Positions 25,395 through 34,256 of a stretch of 37,413 bases of DNA are shown here, in pieces; the first letter of the stretch is position 1; every line of letters starts with the position of its first letter. The notes under the pieces are model-generated. The model was not told the origin of the DNA and did no database searches. It worked only from the letters and a program-made list of their open reading frames with translations. Source of the stretch: an uncultured Bifidobacterium sp. (GTDB taxonomy: Bacteria; Bacteroidota; Bacteroidia; NS11-12g; UBA955); the NCBI GenBank assembly GCA_964654675.1, contig CAZZKP010000002.1, positions 1 through 37,413 of the forward strand, given 5' to 3'. The translations under genes were made by a program, and so were the position numbers.

Positions 25395-27800
25395 ATGAAG
25401 ATGATTTTTAGGAAGATAGTCCATCATGGTATTCTGTTGATTCTATCCATTTCGCTTTTCGTTCTCGATGCATCGGCCCAAAATTCAGCCTCTGCCAAAA
25501 GTACAATTAGCGGATATGTGCGCGACAAAAGCAGCGGAGAAATGATGGGGAGTGTGGTTGTAAATGCCCAAGTTTCTGGTGTTAGAACGACAACAAACAA
25601 TTACGGATTTTTTTCTCTAACGCTCATAAAAGGGGAAGGTCAATGGTTGCAGTTTAGGTACCCTGGACTTGTTACGGATAGTTTTTATTGGTCGGCCAAA
25701 AAGGATACTACGATCACAGTGGAGTTGGCGGCCGTGGAACAAATTGCAGTGGTGGAAATTCGTTCCAGGAAGACGACGATTGCGGATCGGGCCGACATGA
25801 GTAGGATTGATATTCCGGTGCAGCAAATCAAGGATATTCCGGCGTTGTTGGGCGAAAAGGATGTCATGAAGGTTATCCAATTGTTGCCGGGGGTACAAAA
25901 GGGTGGAGAGGGACAAGCGGGGATTTACGTGCGCGGTGGCGGACCGGATCAAAACTTAATTGTTTTGGACGAGGCCATCGTGTATAATGCAAACCACTTG
26001 TTTGGTTTTTTCTCTTTGTTCAATGGCGATGCTTTGCGGAGTGTTGAGTTGGTAAAGGGTGGATTTCCGTCGCGCTATGGCGGACGATTGTCGAGTGTGA
26101 TCGACCTAAACATGAAAGAGGGGAACAATAAGAAATTTGCGGGTGAGGTGGGAATCGGTTTGATCAGTTCAAGAGCCGTATTTGAAGGACCGATCGTGAA
26201 AGGGAAAAGTTCATTTATGATTTCGGGGCGCAGAACCTACTTGGATGCTTTGGCTCAGCCTTTAATTATGGCGGCAACGCAGGGAGCCAACGCGGGTTAT
26301 TTCTTTTACGATTTCAATGCCAAAGCCAACTATATATTGTCTGAAAAAGATAAGTTGTACGTGTCGGGGTATTTTGGACGCGATAAGTTTTATTTCAACG
26401 AAAACAGTGCAAATACAAAATTTAAAACCAATTTCGGATGGGGCAATCGAACCTTGACTGCGAGATGGAATCACCAAATCAACCAGAAATTGTTTGCGAA
26501 TGCTTCGGCCATTTATAGTCATTACGACTTGTCAATTAACGTATTACAAAAAGATGCCAATTCAGATGCATTTGAATTAAACTACAAAAGTGATATCAAC
26601 GATTATGGCGTGAAATACGATTTGGACTATCGTCCCAATCCCAAGCATATGATTCGGGCCGGATTTTCGAGCATCAATCATCAATTTAGTCCCAGCGCGG
26701 TGGTATTGAAGGTTGGGACCAATTTTAACTTCGATCGTAAGATGACGGTGATAAATACCTATGAATCCGGAATTTACGTCGAGGATCAATGGCGTGAGGG
26801 CAAATGGAATTTCTATCCTGGATTGAGAATTAGTCATTACGTGGTGGATCAAACCCAATATTTGAAGCCCGAGCCACGTATGTCGTTTGCCTACAATTTG
26901 CGAAAAGACATTGCAATTAAGGGCAGTTATGCACTGATGAATCAATACATTCACTTGTTGAGTAGTACAGGAATTGGATTGCCTACGGACTTGTGGGTAC
27001 CTGCTACCACCAATGTGAAACCCATGCAAAGTCAGCAGTGGGCCACAGGGATTGCGAAGGACTTCCGAAAAGGACTTTCTTTGAGTTTGGAAGGGTATTA
27101 CAAGACAATGAATCACGTAATCACCTACAAAGAGGGCGCATCTTTTTTGCTTCAGGATGATTTCTTTGATCCATCGGTCTCAGTGAATAATAAGGCATGG
27201 GAGAATCAGGTGACAGCGGGTAAGGGTTGGAGTTATGGTACGGAGGTTTTTTTGCAGAAGCAGGTGGGTAAATTGAGTGGCTGGATCGGCTATACGTTGA
27301 GTTGGACGCAATTGCAATTTGATGCGGTGAACAATGGGGTGAAATACTATGCAAAATACGATCGCCGTCATGATGCTTCCGTGGTTTGTATCTATCGGTT
27401 GAGTAAGTTATTTACGGCGAGTATGACCTGGGTTTATGGGACGGGAAATGCCATCACGATGCCTCAGGGATACCTCAGAGGAACGGGCCATTATCCCAGC
27501 ACAGCACCGCAAATTTGGGATCCAAGCAATCAAGTATTCAACAACGAAATGATTGACTACGGCAAACGGAATAGTTTTAGAATGGCGGCCTATCATCGTA
27601 TGGACATTGGTTTACAGTTTAAAAAGGAAAAAGCGCACGGAATAAAGACCTGGGAGCTCAGTGTTTACAACGTGTACAATCGGTATAATCCATTCTTTTA
27701 TTACGGTCAATTGAACGATGCGGGTACCGTGCGGACATTAAAGCAGGTTACGCTGTTTCCGTTGATACCTTCATTGAGTTGGACATATAAATTTCGTTAA
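25395..27800 (+). CDS. TonB-dependent receptor with an N-terminal carboxypeptidase-regulatory-like domain
   Basis: It has a signal peptide, a CarboxypepD_reg-like segment (ISGYVRDKSSGEMMGSVVV), a plug (GIYVRGGGPDQNLIVLDEAIVYN) and a barrel ending in SWTYKFR. Confidence 0.9.
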   Translation: MKMIFRKIVHHGILLILSISLFVLDASAQNSASAKSTISGYVRDKSSGEMMGSVVVNAQVSGVRTTTNNYGFFSLTLIKGEGQWLQFRYPGLVTDSFYWSAKKDTTITVELAAVEQIAVVEIRSRKTTIADRADMSRIDIPVQQIKDIPALLGEKDVMKVIQLLPGVQKGGEGQAGIYVRGGGPDQNLIVLDEAIVYNANHLFGFFSLFNGDALRSVELVKGGFPSRYGGRLSSVIDLNMKEGNNKKFAGEVGIGLISSRAVFEGPIVKGKSSFMISGRRTYLDALAQPLIMAATQGANAGYFFYDFNAKANYILSEKDKLYVSGYFGRDKFYFNENSANTKFKTNFGWGNRTLTARWNHQINQKLFANASAIYSHYDLSINVLQKDANSDAFELNYKSDINDYGVKYDLDYRPNPKHMIRAGFSSINHQFSPSAVVLKVGTNFNFDRKMTVINTYESGIYVEDQWREGKWNFYPGLRISHYVVDQTQYLKPEPRMSFAYNLRKDIAIKGSYALMNQYIHLLSSTGIGLPTDLWVPATTNVKPMQSQQWATGIAKDFRKGLSLSLEGYYKTMNHVITYKEGASFLLQDDFFDPSVSVNNKAWENQVTAGKGWSYGTEVFLQKQVGKLSGWIGYTLSWTQLQFDAVNNGVKYYAKYDRRHDASVVCIYRLSKLFTASMTWVYGTGNAITMPQGYLRGTGHYPSTAPQIWDPSNQVFNNEMIDYGKRNSFRMAAYHRMDIGLQFKKEKAHGIKTWELSVYNVYNRYNPFFYYGQLNDAGTVRTLKQVTLFPLIPSLSWTYKFR

Positions 27801-27802
27801 TC

Positions 27803-28738
27803 ATGAATCAGATGAGAATTATTTTAAACAATATCGTGCAGAGAGGACATTTGGGGTTGTTGGTTTGGGCGGTTATTTCGCTCTTGGGATTGGGTAGTTG
27901 TATCGAGAAGGATGCGAAAATCCCGCCGCCAGAGTACAATAAGCGCACTTCGATTATTTGTTATTTATCGCCCAGAAATGCCAATGTGAGTGTGCAATTG
28001 GGTTTTACCGTACCGTATTTTGGTGTGCAAAGTGACACGATTTCTTATTACTCGGATGCCAAAGTCACGGTTTCAGATTTAACAGTGGGAACTTCGGTTG
28101 TTTTGCCATTCAATAAGGTAGATTTTGTTTATCGCGTGGGCAAAAACAAGATGCCAATCATCAATGATCATCAATATCGAGTGGATGTTGTTTTGGCCGA
28201 TGGCAGGGCTTACACAGCCACAACGCAAATTCCACCAAAGTTGGGACCAACAGACCTTAAATTGGGTAAATACAGTGTGGGCAAGTTGGAACAGAATCAG
28301 CAATTTGGTCAACAAGTTTCTGTCAATGTGGAATTGAAAACTGGCAATACGAAAAAGGGATTTTATTATTCACCTCAGTTTGATGTTGTATTGGAGGATG
28401 GGAGTGGGAATTTCTATGGAAACGCAATGTTCTTCAAAGGATCGGGCGTGGAAGAAGGTGTGGATTCAGACACATTACGATTTATCTATCAAGACAGAAT
28501 GTGGTTACAGGGTGGTGGCGGAATGGGTGGTTCAACGGCGATTGATCCGATGAAGTTTAACGGGGCTGAAGGAAGTTTTTGGGTGTTCGATAAAGGTTAC
28601 GCTGAGTCGTACAATAAGTTTTTTGAAGATACCGGAAATCCATTTGCGGAGCCTATTTTGTTGTATTCCAATTGGAGCAATGGAGCCGTGGGTACTTTGG
28701 GTTCTTTTGATTGGGAAGAAATGACAATTACGCCCTAG
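27803..28738 (+). CDS. DUF4249-like lipoprotein (usual partner of this TBDT class)
   Basis: The lipobox is LGLGSC. It starts 2 nt after the TBDT stop. The family call rests on position and size and is tentative. Confidence 0.6.
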   Translation: MNQMRIILNNIVQRGHLGLLVWAVISLLGLGSCIEKDAKIPPPEYNKRTSIICYLSPRNANVSVQLGFTVPYFGVQSDTISYYSDAKVTVSDLTVGTSVVLPFNKVDFVYRVGKNKMPIINDHQYRVDVVLADGRAYTATTQIPPKLGPTDLKLGKYSVGKLEQNQQFGQQVSVNVELKTGNTKKGFYYSPQFDVVLEDGSGNFYGNAMFFKGSGVEEGVDSDTLRFIYQDRMWLQGGGGMGGSTAIDPMKFNGAEGSFWVFDKGYAESYNKFFEDTGNPFAEPILLYSNWSNGAVGTLGSFDWEEMTITP

Positions 28739-28894
28739 GGATTGGTGATCACAGGTATACCTAGTAGAACCATCTGGTTAGGACGAAATGGTGGATTCGA
28801 ATCGGAGGTTGGAACTCGTTTTACATTCCATTAAACTAGTCATGTGGATTCATTGATTTGTGAATCGTTGAGTCAATTGCGATTTTCGTGATAC

Positions 28895-29983
28895 ATGTTG
28901 GATGCATATTTTACGCCCATCGATGAATCGATTTGGGCGCCATATAGGGAGAGAAAGGAGTCCGTGGGTGGCAAGTTGTTGGTACACGGCAAGTCGTTTC
29001 CTAAACTAAAAAAGGTAAAATTTGCCTTGATAGGAGGCGGTCCTGAGGCCGATGCATTTCGGAAATCATTTTATGCTTTGAGTTGGCGTTTTGGCGATTT
29101 GGTCATGGCCGATTTAGGGAACTTGGTCAATGGTTCTGATGAGAAACAAAACCAATTTGCCATGAGTGAGGCCATGGGTGAACTCATCGAATTGGGCATT
29201 CATGTATTGGTGATTGGCGGGGGAGAAGGTCAGATTTATTCTCATTATAAAGCATACAGACAGCAGGGTTCGCCTGTTGAAATTGTGCAAGTAACACCTG
29301 GAATCGATTTGGAGGAGGGAACACCGCTCAGGCAGATTTTGGTGGAGAAGCCCAGCAACTTATTCAATATCGACTTTGTGGCGACCCAGTCCTACTATAT
29401 TTCCGCAGGCACGGCTGCACTTTTGGAAAAGATGTATTTCGAGAATCATCGATTGGGTGAAGTGAGAGATGGCATCGAAGAAACAGAACCCATCTTGCGG
29501 AGTGCGCATTTGTTCCAATTTGATTTGAATGCGGTCAGAAAATCTGATGCAGGCTGCACGAAACTCGCCTCACCCAATGGATTGTATGCGGAAGAAGCGG
29601 CACGGATTTGCAGATATGCTGGGGTTTCAAATCAGTTGAGCTCGGGGTATTTTTATGGCTTGGACGACATTGGGACTGATGAATCTTCGTCTACGTTGGT
29701 GGCGCAAATGGTTTGGTATTATGTGGATGGATTTATTTCACGGTATCATGATCATCCCACCCATGATTCAAGTGATTTCCTGATTTATCGCAACCGATTA
29801 AATTCTACGGGTCATGAAATTGTTTTTTACAAAAGCAGAAAAAGCAATCGCTGGTGGATGGAAATTCCGCATCCCTATGAAGATCGTACCTATTTCATTG
29901 GTTGTTCATACAGGGATTATGAAACGGTCTGTGCCGATGATATGCCCGATCGATGGTGGCGGGCTTATCAGCGTTTGATGTAA
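28895..29983 (+). CDS. Arginase/formimidoylglutamase-fold family protein, apparently with degenerate metal ligands (tentative)
   Basis: 362 aa. VIGGGEGQ appears where the ureohydrolase GGDHS motif would lie, and FDLNAV where SxDxD would lie. The assignment is from memory of the family layout only. Confidence 0.4.
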   Translation: MLDAYFTPIDESIWAPYRERKESVGGKLLVHGKSFPKLKKVKFALIGGGPEADAFRKSFYALSWRFGDLVMADLGNLVNGSDEKQNQFAMSEAMGELIELGIHVLVIGGGEGQIYSHYKAYRQQGSPVEIVQVTPGIDLEEGTPLRQILVEKPSNLFNIDFVATQSYYISAGTAALLEKMYFENHRLGEVRDGIEETEPILRSAHLFQFDLNAVRKSDAGCTKLASPNGLYAEEAARICRYAGVSNQLSSGYFYGLDDIGTDESSSTLVAQMVWYYVDGFISRYHDHPTHDSSDFLIYRNRLNSTGHEIVFYKSRKSNRWWMEIPHPYEDRTYFIGCSYRDYETVCADDMPDRWWRAYQRLM

Positions 29984-30058
29984 TTCTTCATCTTTTCTTG
30001 AACCAAATGCGTTTTGATGTGTTCTTCTCGATGCAACTGAACTAAATTTGCAAACGAT

Positions 30059-31135
30059 ATGACAGAAGGATTTTTTCCCTTAACAATTAAAAAATTGGTT
30101 CGTGAGACGGCCGATGCCACCACGTTTTATTTTGATATACCAGCTGATTTGAAAGACACTTTTGTCTACACAGCCGGACAATACCTGACATTTGAAGTAG
30201 AGATTGAAGGCGAAAAAGTACGTCGTTCCTATTCTTTATGCACTTATGCCGGTGTTGATACAGATCCTGCCGTTACCGTAAAAAAAGTGGATATGGGAAA
30301 GATGAGTACCTACATGAACACGGTATTGAAAGAAGGTGATGTGATGCATGTGATGCCTCCAATGGGAAAATTTACACTGGTTCCCGATGCCAGTCGTTCG
30401 CAGCACTATGTATTGTTTGGTGGGGGAAGTGGTATTACACCGGTTTTGGGTATTGCCAAAGCTGTTTTGGCCGCAGAACCCAACAGTCAAGTGACATTGG
30501 TTTACGCCAACCGCAATCCTGATTCTGTGATTTTCAAGCAAGTACTGGTCGATATGGAAAAGGCGAATGGTGGCCGTTTTAAAGTTCATCACAATTATGA
30601 TTCTGCACCGATTACCTATTTTGGCTTGAAAGGGATGTTAAGTCCTGATAAAGTTCAATCGATTGTAAAATCAAAGATTGGTGGGCCTTTTGATACCTAT
30701 CAGTATTTTATCTGCGGGCCAGGCCCAATGATGGAAGTTATAAAGGAGGGGTTGAAGAATTTGGGTGTTCATTCAGATCGCGTTCACACAGAGTATTTTT
30801 CTGCACCGACTTCTAAAAATGCGGCCGATGAAAAACCTCAACAAGAAACCGACTTTGCAGGTGTATCAGAGGTTACACTAACGGTTTACGGGCGTACTCA
30901 TACCATTTCTTGCGATCAAAATACAACCATTTTGAACGCTGCAATGAAACAAGGAATCGATCCGCCATACAGTTGTACGGTGGGTGTCTGTACTACGTGT
31001 CGAGCCAAGGTCACTGCGGGTAAATTGCACATGTTGGAGCGTGAAGGTCTCAGCGATGCTGAGATTGCTGAAGGATACGTCCTCACTTGTCAGTCCGTAC
31101 CCCGCAGTTCTCAAATAACACTCAAATACGAGTAA
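30059..31135 (+). CDS. Ferredoxin-NAD(P) reductase with a C-terminal 2Fe-2S domain (PaaE/PaaK-like)
   Basis: It has the FAD motif RRSYSL, the NAD(P) motif GGGSGITP and the plant-type ferredoxin cysteines CTVGVCTTC. Confidence 0.85.
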   Translation: MTEGFFPLTIKKLVRETADATTFYFDIPADLKDTFVYTAGQYLTFEVEIEGEKVRRSYSLCTYAGVDTDPAVTVKKVDMGKMSTYMNTVLKEGDVMHVMPPMGKFTLVPDASRSQHYVLFGGGSGITPVLGIAKAVLAAEPNSQVTLVYANRNPDSVIFKQVLVDMEKANGGRFKVHHNYDSAPITYFGLKGMLSPDKVQSIVKSKIGGPFDTYQYFICGPGPMMEVIKEGLKNLGVHSDRVHTEYFSAPTSKNAADEKPQQETDFAGVSEVTLTVYGRTHTISCDQNTTILNAAMKQGIDPPYSCTVGVCTTCRAKVTAGKLHMLEREGLSDAEIAEGYVLTCQSVPRSSQITLKYE

Positions 31136-31137
31136 TT

Positions 31138-32187
31138 CTAATCTTCGTCGTCCCCATCAATTCCGGGAGCCGTTAGTGTATACTTCCGGATTTTATTCAG
31201 TAATTGGTCGAAGTCTTCGGCCAAATCGCTGCTAAAAAACATCTTTTCACCCGTCCTCGGATGGATAAAGCCCAATTCTTTTGCGTGCAATGCTTGCCTA
31301 GGCATCAAAGTGAAGCAATTTTCAATAAATGGTTTGAATTTGGGTAATGCAGACCCTTTTCTGACTTCCATCCCGCCATACAATTCATCGGAAAAAAGGG
31401 GGTGCTTGATACTAGAAAAGTGTGCTCTGATTTGATGCGTTCTTCCGGTTTCTAACTCACATTGCACCAAAGATGCGAAGTAAAACGATTCCAAAGTCTT
31501 GTAATGGGTAATGGCCAATTTGCCTTCTTCTTCGTCTTGGTAGCACTTCGATCTTCTGCGATCGGCGGGGTCACGCGACAAGTAGCTGCGAATCGTACCA
31601 TCTTTTGGTTTTGGCTCTCCCCATACCAAAGCCCAATAACGCCTGTGAATGCTGTGATCATAAAACTGTTTCCCCAAATGGCTGAGGGCAAACTCTGTTT
31701 TTCCGACAACCAACAAACCCGAAGTGTCTTTGTCGATGCGATGCACCAAACCGGGTCTATGGTATTGGTCCTTGGTTGGTAACTGCCCAAAGTGATACAC
31801 AAGTGCATTTACCAAGGTGCCACTGTAGTTGTTATGGCCGGGGTGAACCACCATCCCGGCTGGTTTGTTTACAATCAATAGGTCATCGTCTTCATATACG
31901 ATGTTCAAGGGGATGTTTTCAGGATAAACTTCCGTATCTCTCGGTGCGGTTGGTAGTAGCACACGAACAGTATCGTGTGGTTTGATTTTGTAGTTGTTTT
32001 TGGTGGGTTTTTCATTCACCACCACGGCGCCTGATTCGATGCCGGCTTGTATTTTGGAACGACTTGCATTGGCAATTTTATGCATCAGCCATTTGTCAAC
32101 CCGCATTTGCTCCTGTCCAGGATCTGCGGTAAAAGAATAATGTTCGTATAAACCCTCTTCTTGGATTTCGTCTTCGGTTTCGCTCAC
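31138..32187 (-). CDS. rluD: RluA-family 23S rRNA pseudouridine synthase (RluD-like)
   Basis: It has an S4-like N-terminus (RVDKWL) and the catalytic motif HRIDKDTSGLLVV. The start codon at 32187 is GTG. Confidence 0.88.
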   Translation of the reverse strand: MSETEDEIQEEGLYEHYSFTADPGQEQMRVDKWLMHKIANASRSKIQAGIESGAVVVNEKPTKNNYKIKPHDTVRVLLPTAPRDTEVYPENIPLNIVYEDDDLLIVNKPAGMVVHPGHNNYSGTLVNALVYHFGQLPTKDQYHRPGLVHRIDKDTSGLLVVGKTEFALSHLGKQFYDHSIHRRYWALVWGEPKPKDGTIRSYLSRDPADRRRSKCYQDEEEGKLAITHYKTLESFYFASLVQCELETGRTHQIRAHFSSIKHPLFSDELYGGMEVRKGSALPKFKPFIENCFTLMPRQALHAKELGFIHPRTGEKMFFSSDLAEDFDQLLNKIRKYTLTAPGIDGDDED

Positions 32188-32195
32188 ACTGCAAA

Positions 32196-33131
32196 TTAAA
32201 CGCTAAACTGCAGTTGTCCGAGCATTAATCCGCCCCAACCTGCTTGATTTACCAAAACTGTTTTTCCTTTTGCATTTTTCACAACGGTGGCCTCGTTCAG
32301 GAAAGTGTGGGTATGACCACCCAAAATGGCTGCTATTCCGTGGGTTTGTTGACCCAATTTGATATCGTCTATTTTGTCGCTATCGTACTGATAACCAAGG
32401 TGTGACAGTACAAAAACCATATCACATTGGTCGTTGGAATGGAGTTCATCCACTGTTTTTTGCAAGGCCATTACGGGGTCGTTATAGGATAGGCCGGGTA
32501 TCAATCGCTCCATAATGAGGTTGTCGGGGTTAATGCCCACTCCGGTAATTCCAATGCGTTTGTGATTGATTTCAACGACAATTTTTTGTTTTACGAAGGG
32601 GTAAAGGCGGGTGTTATTGAGCGAATAGTTGCAGTTCACCATGGGGATTTTCGGGTGAAGGGCCAACATGTTGGCGAGGTGATCTATGCCATTGTCGAAA
32701 TCGTGATTGCCCATGGTTGTTGCATGGTACCCCATTTTTGTCATCCAGGCATATTCAACCGATCCACCAAAATAGTTAAAATAGGGAGTTCCTTGGAACA
32801 CATCGCCTGAATCAAGCAGGAGGGTATTGGGATTGGCATCTCTTTGTTTTTGTATCAGCGTTGTCAATTGCTGAATCCCCCCTTTTCCGGCTTGGGGGTG
32901 ATTGGCGGGGAAGGCTTCGATGCGCGAATGAAAATCGTTGGTATGCAGGAGATTAAGTTGGAAGGGTTGGTTGTTTTTTGGCGGAGTATGTAGGGTTTCC
33001 AGCCAGTGGGTCATTCCGTGTAATGGGCTATTGGCGGCCGCTGCAGCGGCCGCCAATAGCAAAAATTTTTTCCTCCCCACCTTTTCCAACATGCCCGGAA
33101 TCAAAGGTTGATCTTGCAATTCTAAGCTCAT
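32196..33131 (-). CDS. Calcineurin-like metallophosphoesterase (the UshA/5'-nucleotidase N-terminal catalytic half) with a Tat-like signal
   Basis: Motifs DSGDVFQG, GNHDFD and GGHTH are present. The signal region is GRKKFLLLAAAAAAAN. ATG 33131 overlaps the upstream stop as ATGA. Confidence 0.85.
   Translation of the reverse strand: MSLELQDQPLIPGMLEKVGRKKFLLLAAAAAAANSPLHGMTHWLETLHTPPKNNQPFQLNLLHTNDFHSRIEAFPANHPQAGKGGIQQLTTLIQKQRDANPNTLLLDSGDVFQGTPYFNYFGGSVEYAWMTKMGYHATTMGNHDFDNGIDHLANMLALHPKIPMVNCNYSLNNTRLYPFVKQKIVVEINHKRIGITGVGINPDNLIMERLIPGLSYNDPVMALQKTVDELHSNDQCDMVFVLSHLGYQYDSDKIDDIKLGQQTHGIAAILGGHTHTFLNEATVVKNAKGKTVLVNQAGWGGLMLGQLQFSV
33027..33060. repeat. Perfect 34-bp palindrome (GCTATTGGCGGCCGCTGCAGCGGCCGCCAATAGC)
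   Basis: I verified the self-complementarity base by base. It contains two NotI sites flanking a PstI site and encodes LLAAAAAAANS of the signal peptide. Confidence 0.95.
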
Positions 33132-34150
33132 TTCTTGTCCTCCAAATTGTTTGGGTAAACCCGCCATTGGTTTCGGGGCGCAATCCATTGAAATGCATCA
33201 AATTCGCTCTTTAAACCATCGGCAATCGCGTCTCTTAGTTGGATGCCTGTGTATATCGTTTGCTTGGCACCCTTCAACATCGTAAACCCATCGCCACCCA
33301 TCGCCATATACGAACTCGTGGCTACCAAATAATCCCGGCGGCTATCAAAAGGCAGATACCCCCCATTTGTTGGGTTTTTGGCAGTGCCTTGATTCACCCC
33401 GTTTGAGGCTTGGTTGTTGCCAAGCATTCCAGAACCCGAATGTTCTTCCTGCTCCCCAACAAGGGAAGCCAAGTCTGCGGGTATTGAAATGATTTTGCTG
33501 TTGATTTTTGCGGTTACCAAGCGATTTTTTGCGGGTTTGGTGGCTTTTTCAAATGCTAACAATACACCCGAAACCGGCGTCCCTGTCAACTGTGCAATGT
33601 ATCCAAACAAACTGTCCGTAGCCGCTCCACTCAACTGCACAATCACCAACTCATTGTCGAATGGCATCACCTCAAAAACATTTCTCATCGCAACCGACCC
33701 CGGAAAAAGTCCAGCGCGCAATCCTCCGTTGTTTGCTACCGCGAAATGACAGGGAATTCCCATGTGTTCCATACTGTATTGAGTGGCTGCGAGAAGCATA
33801 TAATCTGCGACCAAACGACCCAGATTTCCGGTGTAAAATGTATTGTAAAAAGGCGAATCGATTTCTGCCAATTTGGTCGATAAGCTTCGATTCAATGAAT
33901 CCGAAAAAGGCTTTATGAAACTTGCGATCTCCGCATTTTCTGCCACGCTAGAATCCACGGCAATGTTGTGAATTGGAATCGAGTGCGTTTCCGCCCCATC
34001 CCAATGCGCTTGGTGCATGGAATGACCCTTGTCTTTTGATTTGTCTTTTCCGATTCCACACCCAAAAAAATACAGGGGTACAAAAGCAAAAATGATGACC
34101 GAGGCAGATCGATAAAACGGATTTCGGGAGATGCGATTTAACAGATACAT
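33128..34150 (-). CDS. 5'-nucleotidase C-terminal (substrate-binding) domain lipoprotein
   Basis: It has 5_nucleotid_C-type sequence (GNLGRLVADYML, ANNGGLRAGL, VMPFDNELVIVQLSG). ATG 34150 gives the lipobox YFFGCG. Confidence 0.8.
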   Translation of the reverse strand: MYLLNRISRNPFYRSASVIIFAFVPLYFFGCGIGKDKSKDKGHSMHQAHWDGAETHSIPIHNIAVDSSVAENAEIASFIKPFSDSLNRSLSTKLAEIDSPFYNTFYTGNLGRLVADYMLLAATQYSMEHMGIPCHFAVANNGGLRAGLFPGSVAMRNVFEVMPFDNELVIVQLSGAATDSLFGYIAQLTGTPVSGVLLAFEKATKPAKNRLVTAKINSKIISIPADLASLVGEQEEHSGSGMLGNNQASNGVNQGTAKNPTNGGYLPFDSRRDYLVATSSYMAMGGDGFTMLKGAKQTIYTGIQLRDAIADGLKSEFDAFQWIAPRNQWRVYPNNLEDKK

Positions 34151-34256
34151 GGAATAATGCAAAATTGCGCGAAAAATCCCTGTTTTTTGTATAAAATCAC
34201 TAATAATTAACACGTTAAAACGAACAACTTGTCGATTTTTTTGGCATTTTTGCAAC

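Noticed and set aside
28793-28803. GGATTCGAATC, resembling a tRNA T-arm, in the 156-nt spacer (possible tRNA or tRNA-fragment att site)
   Set aside because: No acceptor stem, D-arm or anticodon arm can be built around it, and there is no flanking integrase or direct repeat. It is just a short palindrome.
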